A stretch of DNA of 64,000 nt from Eledone cirrhosa (GCA_964016885.1 OZ024749.1:42346001-42410000); one strand, 5' to 3'; positions 35,758-48,418 are shown, counted from the stretch's first letter. Numbers and translations: made by a program. The notes: generated from the letters alone by a model not told the origin.

Positions 35758-36991
35758 ATTCCACATAACTAGCATCTGTTCCTAACCCTAACACATCAAT
35801 TTCCATCTATCCAGTGTTAACAAAATATAATTAGCCTAATATTCCAATAAAAAACAAAACAACTGAACACAGGGTTAAACAAAGCTAACAATATACCTTT
35901 CCAATAATGCCAATGTTTTCAGTTAATAAAATACCTTCTTTTTCATATTTCACTGAACAAAAACACAAAAAATGTCGGAATTATTACAACGAAAAATATT
36001 ATTTACACCATGCTTAAATAATTTCAAAGAAATATTATTAAATCAATCGATTTTTTCCTTTGATTTTTGTCCAAATGTTTGTAAGATATTTTCCATCACA
36101 ATTTTTTTGTTTGTTTCCTGTATGTGTGTATGTAATTGAATATGTGTGTCTGTAAATTCTGGAATGTGTGGAGTATACATTCCAATATCTTTCTCTCTCT
36201 CGTAAAAGTGATGATGATGATATATATATATATTTGTGTGTGTGTGTATATATATATATGTGTGTATGACTCTAAACTTTCTTTCACAGATTCACACAGC
36301 TCTCTTGCTAGCTCTCACATGCACACCTCTTTCCCTTCATCCACCACTACCACCACCACCATAAAACCTCCAGCATCATCACATCACTTCACACATTACT
36401 TATAACATGTAACAAGGGTGCAGCACCCAGCCTTTCACCACCCCCTTACACTCACAATAGCCATACCATTAAACTCAAAATAGACAGTGAACTTAAGCAA
36501 TTGTCTGGAATGTTCTGCCTTTATAAACCAACCTTGAAAATGGTGGAGAGTCTTGAATGAGGTGTGGATGTATACAAACATGAGATTTTTCCCTTAAGTA
36601 CACCTCATGAAGATCAGATTTGCCTTTAAAGATGAGAATTCTTGAAAAATAAATAAATTCTTAATCTACTAAAATTATCTCCCCTTCATATTATGAGTTG
36701 CTAACAAATGCCACTAGGTTTTTATTATTTTCTTTCTCCAACTTAAGGGGAAACTTCCATTCATCAAGAATGTTTTACATACATCAATCAGCATATCAAT
36801 AATGATTTGATTTATTCCAATCTATGCCATTGGTTTATTTGAGTTATTTCCCTTAGCTAAATTTTACTTTTTATTATGTGTATATATGGATGGTGAAGGT
36901 AAAGAAGTGCAAGTGGAAGGAAGCTGAGAAAGATGAAGACCAAGACGGCAAGGAAATGTAACAAGGGGTGAGACAACCCAGATATGTCTAT

Positions 36992-37300
36992 ATCATCATT
37001 TCATTTTACGTCCACTTTTTCCCTGCTTGCAAGGGTGGGACGGGAACTGATTCTGGCTTGATTTCTACAGCTGGATGCCCTTCTTAACACCAACCTCATT
37101 TACAGTGGGTGCTGGCTGCTTTTTTGTCGTGGCACCTACACAACCACTTTGCAGTGGGTAACCACTACAGCTGGGTAAACTGGAGCAATATGAAATAAAG
37201 TGCCTTGCTCAAGGAAACAACAGATCACCCGGTCTGAGAATTGAACTCACAACCTTTCGATTGCAAGGCCAATGCTCTAACCACTAAGCCATGTGCCTCC
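36992..37300 (-). mobile_element. SINE family A copy with internal deletion
   Basis: Reverse-complement match to 31-372. Confidence 0.85.
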
Positions 37301-37305
37301 TTATA

Positions 37306-37354
<49 letters not shown>

Positions 37355-37489
37355 TAGTATGTATACATAGATGTATGTATACATATATGTTGTATGTATG
37401 CATATATGTTGTGTATATACATATATGTTGTATATATATATATATATATATATACATATATACATTTATGTATATAAAGATAAAGTAAA

Positions 37490-37810
37490 GAGCCCCTCCC
37501 CCTTCGATCACAAATGACCATGGAATTTGCACCTAGAAAGTTCCACTCCGAGGCACATGTATAGGCATGGTTGTTTGTGAAAGTCAACCATACCAGTCTC
37601 CCCTCTTCACACCATCGATGTTGTCCAAGGGAAAGACAAAGGCGGATACAGCTTGGCACCAATGTCGCAACTCATTTCTAGAGCTGAGTTAACTGGAGGA
37701 ACATGAAAAAGTGTCTTGTTCAAGGACCCAATGCATCACCCAGTCTCAGAATTGAACTCACAACCTCCCGATTGCAAACCCAATGCTCTAACCACTAAGC
37801 CATGTGCATT
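37490..37810 (-). mobile_element. SINE with family A head and a different 3' part
   Basis: Same tRNA-like head and CORE-like centre; distinct 3' region ending ...GATCGAAGGGGGAGGGGCTCTTTACTTTA. Confidence 0.7.
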
Positions 37811-38330
37811 CGCTATATGTACATACAAACGCATATAAATACAATGTGTTGTTTGTCTTTTTACTCTCTGAGTGAGACACTTCTCATCCGTTAGACCATT
37901 CTAATTTCCAGCCTTTTATGCTGATTTATCCCTGTCTCATTCCCATAAATCCTGACACTTCTCACACATGCAGTACAACACATCTCCCTTCAGTTTTAGT
38001 GACACTCACCCCCTCCTTATGAATCACTGGAGGACAGTGACTAGAAAAGTTTCATAATGGTGAGAATGGTTATCAGAAAGTTCTTAGTGAACATCACATC
38101 AGAATATGCTCCGCTGGTTGGTATCAGAGTGTTGAAAAGAAAAGGGTTAAGTTCTGTTGTATGACAAGAGAAGCTGAGGAAAACATGAAAGGTGAGGAAG
38201 ATGTCATAAGGAAAGGGTGCTCAGCTATATGAGAAGGAATAGGGACAGCTTTGAAGGATTCTATGGGGGTTACAGGTATGGTGTGAGGATGGAAAGAATA
38301 AAAGGATTTAGAATTCATTGATATATATAT

Positions 38331-38709
38331 ATCATCATCATTTTACGTCCGCTTTTCCCTGCTTGCAAGGGTGGGACGGGAACTGATTCTGGCTTGATTT
38401 CTACAGCTGGATGCCCTTCCTAATACCAACCTCATTTACAGTGAGTGCTGGGTGCTTTTTTGCCGTGGCGCCTACATTACCACTTTACAGTGTGGGCTGG
38501 GTGCTTTTTTGCCGTGGCACCTCCACGACCACTTTGCAGTGGAATGTTAGGGACTCCAGTCCTATCATCTCATTTCTACAGCTGAATAAACTGGAGCAAT
38601 ATGAAATAAAGTGTCTTGCTCAAGGAAACAACACATCACCCAGTCTGAGAATTGAACTCACAACCTTTCGAATGCAAGCGCAATGCTCTAACCACTAAGC
38701 CATGTGCCT

Positions 38710-38711
<2 letters not shown>
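38331..38711 (-). mobile_element. SINE family A copy with duplicated ~48-bp internal unit
   Basis: Reverse-complement match to 31-372 with an extra GCTGGGTGCTTTTTGCCGTGGC unit. Confidence 0.9.
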
Positions 38712-38761
<50 letters not shown>

Positions 38762-39586
38762 AGTCCACGCTGTAAAGTGGTCGCGTAGGAGACATGGTAA
38801 AAAGTCTCCCAGTCCAAACTGTAAATGTGGTTGGTGTTAGGAAGGGCATCCAGCCGCAGAAAAGATGCCTGATACAGTCCTATACAAGTAAGACACGGTC
38901 ATCCGATCAATCTTGCCTCAAGTGGGACAATTCCCGTCTAACCCATGCTAGCGTGATAGACGTTAAACGATGATGATGATGATATATATATATATACGGT
39001 CTATCCTATTAGATGGTCATTGTGGTGTTGTGATAAAAAGCACCCAGTCCATACTGTAACATGGAAGAGCATCCAACTGTAGAAACCTAACCAAAATACA
39101 GATCCGTATGAACACGACGTGATCCCTGACCTAAATTGACACATAACGTGACATCCCATCCCATCCATGCAAATGTGGAAAATGGACGTTAAACGTTGAT
39201 GATGATGATATGTATATATATATATATACACATACACACATATATATTCTTTTAATGGTTTCAGTCATTGGATTGTGGTTATGCTGGGGCACAGCCTTCA
39301 AGGGATTTAGTCGATCATAACGACCCAAGTAGTTGACTGGTACTTCATTTTATCGTCTTAATCATACATATACAAGCATATGTATACGCGGATATTACAT
39401 ATACTTTGATATATGCACATGCATATTTACGTACATGTCACACAATAAAGAACTCAATACGTTAGTGTAAAGTACATATACAGGCCTAACCTAATCCTGA
39501 AATATATATATATACATACTCAACATTATTAAATGTATTGAATGCTTCACTGAAAAGCGTTCTTCTTAATCATTTAAGAATATATA

Positions 39587-39759
39587 TAGTGACATTTCGT
39601 TATAACGAAATTCACGGGGTATAAAAAATTCGTTGTAACGAAAAATTCTTTATAACGAAATCGACCTAAGACATCGAGCTTTTGGCCGGGGATGGAAAAA
39701 AATCTTTGTATACTGAAAAATTCGTCATAATGGTATTCGTTATAACGGAATTTTACCTG
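39587..39759. mobile_element. pogo/Tigger-like MITE
   Basis: Repeated palindrome TTCGTTATAACGAA near both ends, TA-flanked. Confidence 0.6.
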
Positions 39760-39791
39760 TATATATATATATATATATTTCTATACTTTTC

Positions 39792-39828
<37 letters not shown>

Positions 39829-40149
39829 TTTATATATATACATGCATACATAAACCCATATACATTATGCGCAATAAATCCGAGTACAATATAAATTATA
39901 ATGAAGTGGGGAAATAATGCTAGCGCTCAAAAACAAAACACACACATCTATCTATACATGTTCGTGAAATTCTCAGCTCAAAGGAGGGCTAAGTGGTTAT
40001 AAAGTTGGGGTGTAGATTCTATACAAATATCATCACAAAGAGGGCCCTCATTTTACGGCCGGGTCTGCATTTAACAGGGTCGATTCCCATCAGCTGTCTC
40101 AATCAGGTTTTGTGTTGAGTTGTGTTGTTTGTTTTGTTTTTTTTAAATA

Positions 40150-41240
40150 TGGGATTGGAGCTGAATGAAAATAGAGGGGGGGGGGGTAAAGAGAGGGGGA
40201 GAAAGAGGAATAAAAGAAGAGAGATAGAATGAAGTAAGAGGGGCAAATATATTAAGAGAAAAATTATAGTGATGTAAAGAGAGAGAAGGGGGAGAAGCAA
40301 AGAACCTGAAGAATAGACAGATAAAGGTAGATAGATAGATACGTAAATGGAATTAAGATAGATAGAATGATGTATAGAGGTAAAATAATAGGAAGGAAGA
40401 GAGTGCGACATACGACTCATGTCAAGTGAAGGGGAGGATTAATGTAAGACAGACATACAGGCTGAAAGGAGAGGGGGGAAATTAGAGAGTGAGATAGACT
40501 GACATATTAAGGTAGAGAAAGAGAGTAACAGACAGGTTTAGTAAGGGGAAGTAATAGAGAAAGAAAGAGTCTGACAGTGAGAGGGAGGGGAGAGAGATAG
40601 ACAGACTAAAGAAATAAGAAATGAGATACAAGAAGGATTTAGTAAAGTACATGGAGAGGGAGAAAGAGAGAGAGAATGATAGTCCAATTAAGAAAGAAAG
40701 GATATAGTGATGGAGAGACACTGACGATGAGAAAGAGAAAGGGGGAGATGAATAAGAAGAGAAATAGAAACAGATTGGGTGATAGATTATAATAGGGAAA
40801 TGTGATAGAAAGACAATAAAATAGAGAGAGAGGATGATAGAAAGAGAGTTGGAGAGAGAAAGAGGGGAGGGTCGATAGAAAGACAGAGAGAGAGTAGATA
40901 ACGGAATATAATTGTTTCTACTATTGGCACAAGGCCAGAAATTACCCAGTACATTACTGGTACTTTATTTTATCGACCCCGTAAGGATGAAAGGCAAAGT
41001 CAACCTCGAGGTAGATAGAATGAACGATATATACCAGAGTGAAATGTAGAGAGAGAGAGGGGTGAAGGCAGATAAAAAGAAGAGTTAAATACTAAAACAA
41101 CGAGAGGTAAAGGATTAAAGTGAAGAAGAGAGAGAGTGAGAAGAGGAAGGACTGAAGCAAACACGATAGAAAGAGAGAGAGAGAGAGAGAAAAGACGGGA
41201 AGGAAGAGAGAGATACAAATAGAGAGAAAGTAGGAGGAAG
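40150..41240. repeat. GA-rich low-complexity region
   Basis: Strong purine strand bias; contains a family B SINE fragment at ~40909-41008. Confidence 0.8.
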
Positions 41241-41480
41241 CGCGAAAGCTGAACATAAAAGTTAAAACATATATAAATATATATTCACATTACATTACAA
41301 AAAATTGACTATTTTTTTCCTTCGTCCCCCCCATAAAAGTTTCAAACCCCTAAAAAGACGGACGGTAAATATGGCAGCGGTTATGAATAACATAAGACAT
41401 TAGTAAGGATAAAGTGTCTAAATGAAGCAAAAAGAGAGAGTGTTAAAGGCCAAAATGTTATGAATAAACTGTAAACATAC

Positions 41481-41496
41481 CAGAACCATCAGCCAT
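41481..41496 (-). CDS. STI1/DP-domain protein, probable first coding exon (MADGS)
   Basis: AAAATC-ATG-GCT-GAT-GGT-TCT-G|GTATGT; phase 1 matches the exon at 28430; lies in unique, CpG-richer sequence. Confidence 0.55.
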
Positions 41497-44094
41497 GATT
41501 TTACATCCAATGACGGATTGAATAAACTATAGGGACGGTGATAGGACAAATAAAGTATCTCTTATAAAATAGTTCCGGATATCTTTTACTAAACATGTCC
41601 TCTCCGTTCTCTTTTTCTCGGATTGTTATTTAAAACGTTATTTTATGTTTTAACTTGTTAAAGATAGTTTTCTAGCTATCTAAAAAAGAAAAGCAGACAC
41701 ATTTTATAATCCCTTATGTTTGTACATGCACACACACATTTGTGCGTGTGTGTATATGTAATTATGTGTATGTATGTATGTGTGTGTATCATCAACATTT
41801 CTGTCTAGCACCAATTCTTCCAAGCTTGCATGGGTTAGACGTGATGTCCATGCCAGGAAGCAAGTCTGGCCATGATTGACCATGTTGCACTTTGTTACAG
41901 CGAGGACTATAAATTTGGCTGTATATTTTACAGCTGGATGCCCTTCCTAACACCAACCACATTTACAGTGTGGATTTATATATATATATGTATCAACATA
42001 CTTTAATGTCTGCTTTTTTATGGTGGCATGGGTTTGATGAGTTTCATAGTCCAAATCAGTACTTAATTGGTGCTACTGACCTCTCAGATGGGTCAGGGAC
42101 CTATATCTCACTTACTTACATTCCAGTTTGGGCATTGCATCTGTAGCTGAATGCCCTTCCTATAGCCAACCATTTAACAGATTATACTGCGTATATTTTA
42201 TTGTGACACCAACACTAAGGAGGTTGCCATGTCCTTGACACACCCCACACAGTTCAACCCTTTGTTTGGTTTGTTTACTATGGTCACACACCCCAATCTT
42301 AACACCAACTACTGTTAATACTACCATCATCATCACATTTATATCCACTTTACAATGTTGGTATGGGCTGGACAAGATGTTTGTTCTCTAGCTGGACACC
42401 TGTCTATATTTTAATCTCAAATATGGTATATACTATTAAATTGCAGGATGTATTGATTATGCAAGACAAAAGCAAATGTCACTGCTTGTAAACAATCTTA
42501 ATATGAAACTGCACAGCAACAGACTCATACACATAGTTACTTAATAATGATATTACACTAAGGTTACCAGCTGGTTTCATGCAGGGATCAAATCTTAATA
42601 GAAAAAATATACTGCCCCTGATCATTTTATCAGACTGCGATGTTTGATACACACATGCATATATGACAGGCCTTCTTACAGTTTTTGTCAACCAAATTCA
42701 CTCATAAGTCAGCCCAAGGTTATAGAAGAAAGCACTTGCATAAGAGACTGTACAGTGGGATCATACTTCTTATCCAGTCATGTGTGGCTTTATATATGTA
42801 TATCTGTTTTCTTTACACAAAATCACCCCAAGCAAAGCCTTCTAGGACCACTACTAGGCAAAAGTGGCAGTAGCATTAAAACCACAAATGCTCACTCTCT
42901 CTCTTTCTATATATATATATGTATACCTGTAAGGTGACATGACAAAAGCATGCAGCACAACTGTAAAGTCGTCTGTTGTACATCACCGTTGTTTAATATC
43001 CGATTTCCCTGCTAGCAAGGGTTTGGCAGCCATATGTTAAATATCTACTTTTTGAAAAATTGAAACATTAACTATTTATATGGAGTATTGTTTCAAGAAT
43101 TGTGGCATACACTGACAATAAAAAAGCCTACAAATTAAGTACTATGGAAAGTTTAGCTATCCTATTTATTAAAAATATTTTTCCTTGAAAACATACATTC
43201 ACTATAAACCCAGAAACTTATCAAATAGTGACTAGTTAACTTACCTTTCTAAAATAAATCTACAACCTTTCTCTTTTGTTATAAACTCATTTTCTGATTG
43301 TACTCCCTTATTCTAATTTACTTACCTCTACAGCTTTCTATTCTTAACTTAGTTTCATCATTGCTGTCTTATAAAGACTTATTGGAACGTGTTTTTATTA
43401 TGTAATGATACCAGAAACCATATGGCACTGTTTGTACCAATGTAGAAACTACCAGTCTAGGAGAATGGACATATTAAAACTGGTCTTTAAACTACCAAGA
43501 GTGGAGACACAAAGGATCTATCAACCATAAACAAGATCTTTCAGTACATGGTGGCTATGGTGATTCAACAAAAACTTTTAGTTGTCTTTGTTTTTCACTT
43601 TCTTATTTATCCTTTTTTCTCTCAATTTTGTTTCTTAAATGCAAGGACATTCAATACCACTCCTTGTCTGTTGTCGCTCACTAGCTCTATACAGATGTTC
43701 AAATTAGATTAAATAAATAAAAGAAATTGCTAAAATATATTGTTGGTGCACGCGTGCCATATAGAACTGCCTACTACTCGTGTAATTTTTGTGCTTATAC
43801 AAATTTTTTATTACACATAGGTTGGATCCTCTATTGGTGTATTAAAAGATTGTCATGTTTTTAACCCTTTAAACCGGCCGTATCTGGCCAGAATTCTCTC
43901 ACCTTTCTGTTCAAACCAGTTGTAACTGGCCACTCATACTCATCTTAACCCTTTAATGTTCAAACCTGCCTGAATTCTCTACCTCTTTCTGTTGAAACTG
44001 GCCGCTCAAACTAATGTTAAGGTACTGTTCTCAAAATAAATATTCAAAATCTCCTAGATTCGATATTATGTTAGGTATGAAAATACAATAGTAT

Positions 44095-46363
44095 ATTTAG
44101 GAAAGCCCTTCAAGATGTATATGACGAAAAAGAAGACGATTTAGAGACGTATGACATAGATAATAACTGGAAGTTCTTACGTGACAACTTGCTGAAGGCT
44201 ACTGATGAAACCTGTGGCTGGAGCAGAGCTCCAACCAGACAGAGAGTGACCTGGTGGTGGAACAGCAGTGTAGATAAGGCTATTAGAGACAAAAGACTAG
44301 CATGGAAGGCTTGGAATAAGGGTGGGAGTAGGGAAGAATATACAGCCACTAAGAGAGAAGCTAGACGTCAGGTGTACTTAGCACGCAGGGAGGCAGAGAG
44401 TAGGAGGTTTGCCAATGTTCTGCGACGGGAAGATCAGAGGCGTGCGGTGTTCCACATTGCAAGGCAGTGTGTCAATGCAAATCAGGATGTTGTTGGTGAT
44501 AAATGTGTCCGGGATGATGCCGGTGTACTTAGTGTCACGAATGACCAGAAAAAGGAGGCCTGGAAATGTCATTATGAGAGACTGATGAATGTGGAGAACG
44601 AATGGGAGAGAGAGAAATTACCCTTGGTAGATCCGACAGAGGGACCAGCTATTGAGATTGACGAATATAGGGTCCAAGAGGCGATTAGGGAAATGAAAAA
44701 TGGTAAGGCGGCCGGACCATCGGGAATAGTTGCTGAGATGCTGAAGGCATCAGGGGACGTAGGCACTAAACTGGTTGCACGCATAATCAATCAGGCTATA
44801 TATGGTGGTGTCATACCCAAAGACTGGTGCAGCAGTATTCTCATAAATTGCTACAAAGGTAAAGGGGATGCTTTGGAGAGGAGCAATTATAGGGGTATAA
44901 AACTGATAGATCAGGTTATGAAAGTGGCAGAAAGGATTCTAGCACAACTAATTAGAGAAAGGGTCAAACTAGATGAGATGCAGTTTGGTTTTGTGCCTGG
45001 GAAGAGTACAACAGATGCCCTCTTCTTGGTGAGACAAATGCAAGAGAGGTTCTTAGAGAAGAATAAGCCACTATACTTAGCCTTTGTTGACCTAGAGAAG
45101 GCCTTTGATAGGGTACCCCGATCTGTCATCTGGTGGTCCCTAAGGAAGCTGGGTGTTGAGGAATGGCTTGTAAGGACAGTGCAAACTTTGTACAGAGGTA
45201 CTCTCAGTAAAGTCAGGGTAGGAATGGAGTTTAGTGAGGAATTCCAGATACAAGTAGGAGTACATCAGGGTTCGGTCCTCAGCCCGCTCTTGTTCATTAT
45301 AGTCCTCCAAGCCATAACAGAGGAGTTTAAGACTGGCTGTCCATGGGAACTTCTCTATGCTGACGATCTGGCTCTTATGGCAGAATCAGTAGAGGAGCTA
45401 GAGAATAAATTCCGGCTATGGAAACAGCAGTTGGAAGCAAGAGGACTGAGAGTAAATCTAGCTAAGACAAAAGTGTTGATGAGTAGAAAAGAGGACAAAA
45501 CCCTGACTCCGTCAGGGAAATGGCCATGTTCGATATGCAGAAAAGGAACTGGCATAAATTCTATAAAATGCACACAATGTAGGTCCTGGGTACACAAGAG
45601 ATGTAGCGGGATAGCAGGCAAACTAACAGGTAGGGAGAAATATGTATGCAGTAGATGTACAGGGAAATTAGACAGTAGAAGTCGCACTGATAGACACATT
45701 TTTCAAATGCGAGAGGGCGCTATAGAAGTGGTGGATAGCTTCCGGTACCTAGGAGATCAGATTAGCATGGGAGGAGGGTGTTCCGAGGCCATAGTATCTA
45801 GAATAAGGACGGGTTGGAAGAAGTTTAGGGAGCTGCTTCCTCTGTTGACGAAGAAGGGTTTCTCCCTGCGTACGAAAGGCCGGTTGTATGATGCCTGTGT
45901 GAGGAGCGCGATGCTGCATGGTAGTGAGACATGGGCAGCTACCGCAGAAGATATGCGACGGCTGGAGAGAAATGAGGCAAGCATGCTCCGTTGGATGTGC
46001 AGTGTAAATGTGCGTGAACGACCCAGCATAAATGTGTTGAGAGAGAGACTGTGTCTGAGAGGGATAGAATGTAGTGTACGGGAGAGGAGACTGAGGTGGT
46101 ATGGACATGTGATGCGCATGGAGGATGACCGATGGGTGAAGAAGTGCCAGGAAATGCCAGTTGAAGGAAGACGTGGTAGAGGTAGACCACGAAAAACATG
46201 GGCGGAGGTGGTGAGAACAGACCTCAGATCATTGAAGCTCACGGTGGAGATGACGAGGGACCGTGACGAGTGGAGAGATGCTGTGCTGAATAAGACCCGT
46301 CCCACCCTTGCAAGCAGGGAAAAGCGGACGTAAAATGATGATGATGATGATGATGATGATGAT
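44095..46363 (+). mobile_element. Young 5'-truncated RTE-clade LINE
   Basis: Uninterrupted frame from ~44096 to TAA at 46333, then AA(TGA)n; no APE endonuclease domain. Confidence 0.95.
44189..46333 (+). CDS. RTE LINE reverse transcriptase ORF (truncated) with PHD-type zinc finger
   Basis: RT motifs KAAGPSGI, NYRGIKL, QFGF, FVDLEKAFD, GVHQGSVLSPLLF, YADD; C4HC3 finger CSIC...CTQC...H..C...CSRC; RTE tail RLRWYGHV...RGRGRPRKTW. Confidence 0.95.
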   Translation: MLKATDETCGWSRAPTRQRVTWWWNSSVDKAIRDKRLAWKAWNKGGSREEYTATKREARRQVYLARREAESRRFANVLRREDQRRAVFHIARQCVNANQDVVGDKCVRDDAGVLSVTNDQKKEAWKCHYERLMNVENEWEREKLPLVDPTEGPAIEIDEYRVQEAIREMKNGKAAGPSGIVAEMLKASGDVGTKLVARIINQAIYGGVIPKDWCSSILINCYKGKGDALERSNYRGIKLIDQVMKVAERILAQLIRERVKLDEMQFGFVPGKSTTDALFLVRQMQERFLEKNKPLYLAFVDLEKAFDRVPRSVIWWSLRKLGVEEWLVRTVQTLYRGTLSKVRVGMEFSEEFQIQVGVHQGSVLSPLLFIIVLQAITEEFKTGCPWELLYADDLALMAESVEELENKFRLWKQQLEARGLRVNLAKTKVLMSRKEDKTLTPSGKWPCSICRKGTGINSIKCTQCRSWVHKRCSGIAGKLTGREKYVCSRCTGKLDSRSRTDRHIFQMREGAIEVVDSFRYLGDQISMGGGCSEAIVSRIRTGWKKFRELLPLLTKKGFSLRTKGRLYDACVRSAMLHGSETWAATAEDMRRLERNEASMLRWMCSVNVRERPSINVLRERLCLRGIECSVRERRLRWYGHVMRMEDDRWVKKCQEMPVEGRRGRGRPRKTWAEVVRTDLRSLKLTVEMTRDRDEWRDAVLNKTRPTLASREKRT

Positions 46364-46938
46364 ATATAGAGTAATGTGAATGCTAAAGGGTTAAGGTAGT
46401 GTTCTCAAAATCTTGTACATTGGATATAGTGCGAGCCTTTACCGTGAAAATACAATAGTAAATATAGAGTAATGTAGACGTTAAAGGATTAAACATTTGG
46501 AATTTTGAATTTTTTTTATTATGGAAGTCAGTACAATTAGTGTTTTTACTTTAAGTGGTTTCAACTGCAGTACTACTGGGGCAATGCCTAAAAGGATTTA
46601 TTTAACCATACTTCCAAGCAGTTACCGTTTATCCAATTCCACCCAGTGTTTATGTTAACCTAAGGCTGTGCAAATGACTCTTGTGCGAGATTAACAAAAT
46701 TTCATAAGCGCGTGCTGGGGAGGGGAAAGACCTGAAAAATTCTGTGTGTGGATGATGATGACGCAATTATTCTCTAAAACCTCCCACTAGGTTACTGAGA
46801 CACAAATTTTTCATAGAAACTGAAAGGGTGACGTTTACTGAAAATTTAGACATATTTCAAAACTTCACTGGATTGTCATTTAATTGTGTTGCCATCTTTA
46901 GGTTGTGTATGTTAACAGTTTGCCCAAGTGATAGATAA

Positions 46939-47099
46939 AATAAGTACCAGTACTATATTATCCAATGTATTCTTTCAATTTTTCAACCCTTTCGTGACCA
47001 TATTTCTAACAAACAACACTGAAGGGATTTAGCAATATGGTAACAAAAGGGTTGAAAAATTGAAAGAATACATTGGATAATATAGTACTGGTACTTATT
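46939..47099. repeat. Inverted repeat (54-bp perfect outer arms, ~70 bp in total)
   Basis: AATAAGTACCAGTACTATATTATCCAATG...CCCTTT pairs with AAAGGG...CATTGGATAATATAGTACTGGTACTTATT. Confidence 0.9.
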
Positions 47100-47474
47100 A
47101 AACTGTTTGGAATATAACTTTGCAAAAGTTCCATCAACCTTGTAGGGGGTTTTGTGCTAGCTGCTGGTACTTATTTTATTGACCTCTGAAGAATGGATGA
47201 AAAAAAAAAAAAAAGCAAATGGAAGAATTTCTAAGACAATATGACAATATTTCGGTACATATAATATATTTTAATGGTATGAAAAGCAGGAGAGAAGATG
47301 ACAGTAATTGGTTGGACGATGTCACTGAAACATGTCATTCTCAATGAGCTGAAGATGTGATCAACTGAACAGAGCAGTCAAGGACAGAAAGCAGAAACAA
47401 TGAACACCAAATAGCTGGGCAAGAATAATAATAATAGTGGTGGTAAATAAGTGGAAACAGTCTGATTCAACGAC

Positions 47475-47647
47475 TTAATGAGGGCGCATGTCTGGCTGCC
47501 GTTTCCTTGGGGCAGCTTTTACTATATCATCAACTCGCAGAATCATTTCGGCAGCTTCCGATGCACTGGTTAACACCTGGCGCTTCACCTTCAGTGATTC
47601 GGTAACCCCAAGGGTTGAAATATCTGCTATTATACCATCCTCCATGT
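47475..47647 (-). CDS. CCT2: T-complex protein 1 subunit beta, exon 16
   Basis: [57 protein letters not shown]. Confidence 0.95.
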
Positions 47648-48209
47648 CTGTTAAAATAAAAATACAAATAGAAAACATTAAAAAATAAATGTTAAGTGTT
47701 GTTCTCTGGTTTAGATGAATTAATGAAACATGTAGCATACAAATGAATCCACATGTATAATTTATCATTTACTACATGATTCACATGTACACTTTATCAT
47801 ACAATAAAACAAGCCTTGTAAGGCCTTTTCCTCTCATTAAAGCAGGGCTGAGTCTTACAACTAACCATGACATGGAGTCCTTTTTGAGTTAAAGTTTTAC
47901 ATCCAGATGCGCTTCCTTTTACAACTCACATCATTTTACCTGCTGTTCGACGTTCACATGGGCTGCATGGGTTTTTCTCAGTACAGCATCTCTCCACTCA
48001 CCCTATTCCTTTGTCAACTCTTTCTGTATGCTTCAATGATTTGAAACTAGTTCTCACCACATCTACTCAGATCTACCGTGGTTTCCTCCCACTTTTTTTT
48101 CACTTGTGCACCTCACTTCTCATTCCTTTTAAACCCACTTTTTGTGTGAATGTATGGAGGTAAGAATAGTAACAAAGAAAATGATAGGTTGATAACATGT
48201 AAGACTTAC

Positions 48210-48309
48210 CAAGACCATAAGTAACTTTGCCTTGTGTGTGCGCAGCCCGGAGCTGTGCAACAAGTTCAGAACTATCATAGCCACCGTTGTCAGCTATTAT
48301 GGTAGGGAT
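48210..48309 (-). CDS. CCT2: CCT2 exon 15
   Basis: [33 protein letters not shown]; AG/GT bounded. Confidence 0.93.
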
Positions 48310-48418
48310 CTGGAATTAAAAGAAACAGATAAATAAATAAAAATAATTTTAAAAAAAACTTTCAGAAATGTCCAGAAATGCAATACAAGGTGGAGGAAGC
48401 GGAATTAAAATATCTTAC

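Larger units (their letters stand above)
43949..46390. mobile_element. Inner piggyBac-type MITE, split by the RTE LINE
   Basis: TTAA|CCCTTTAATG... at 43945 and ...AATGCTAAAGGG|TTAA at 46390. Confidence 0.75.
43865..46488. mobile_element. Outer piggyBac-type MITE, split at its internal TTAA
   Basis: Left part 43865-43948 and right part 46391-46488 rejoin into the sequence seen intact at 56430-56638. Confidence 0.75.

Noticed and set aside
35268-35775. 162 aa and 130 aa repeat ORFs; CRISPR-like regularity
   Set aside because: Head-to-tail 69-bp tandem repeat with no unique spacers and no cas genes, in a eukaryotic intron
35897-35952. AG/GT-bounded 56-nt candidate exon on minus (KYEKEGILLTENIGIIGK)
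   Set aside because: Ends in phase 0 while the next exon needs phase 1; no support without transcript data
44110-46305. Several minus-strand ORFs up to 182 aa
   Set aside because: Antisense shadows of the RTE reverse transcriptase ORF
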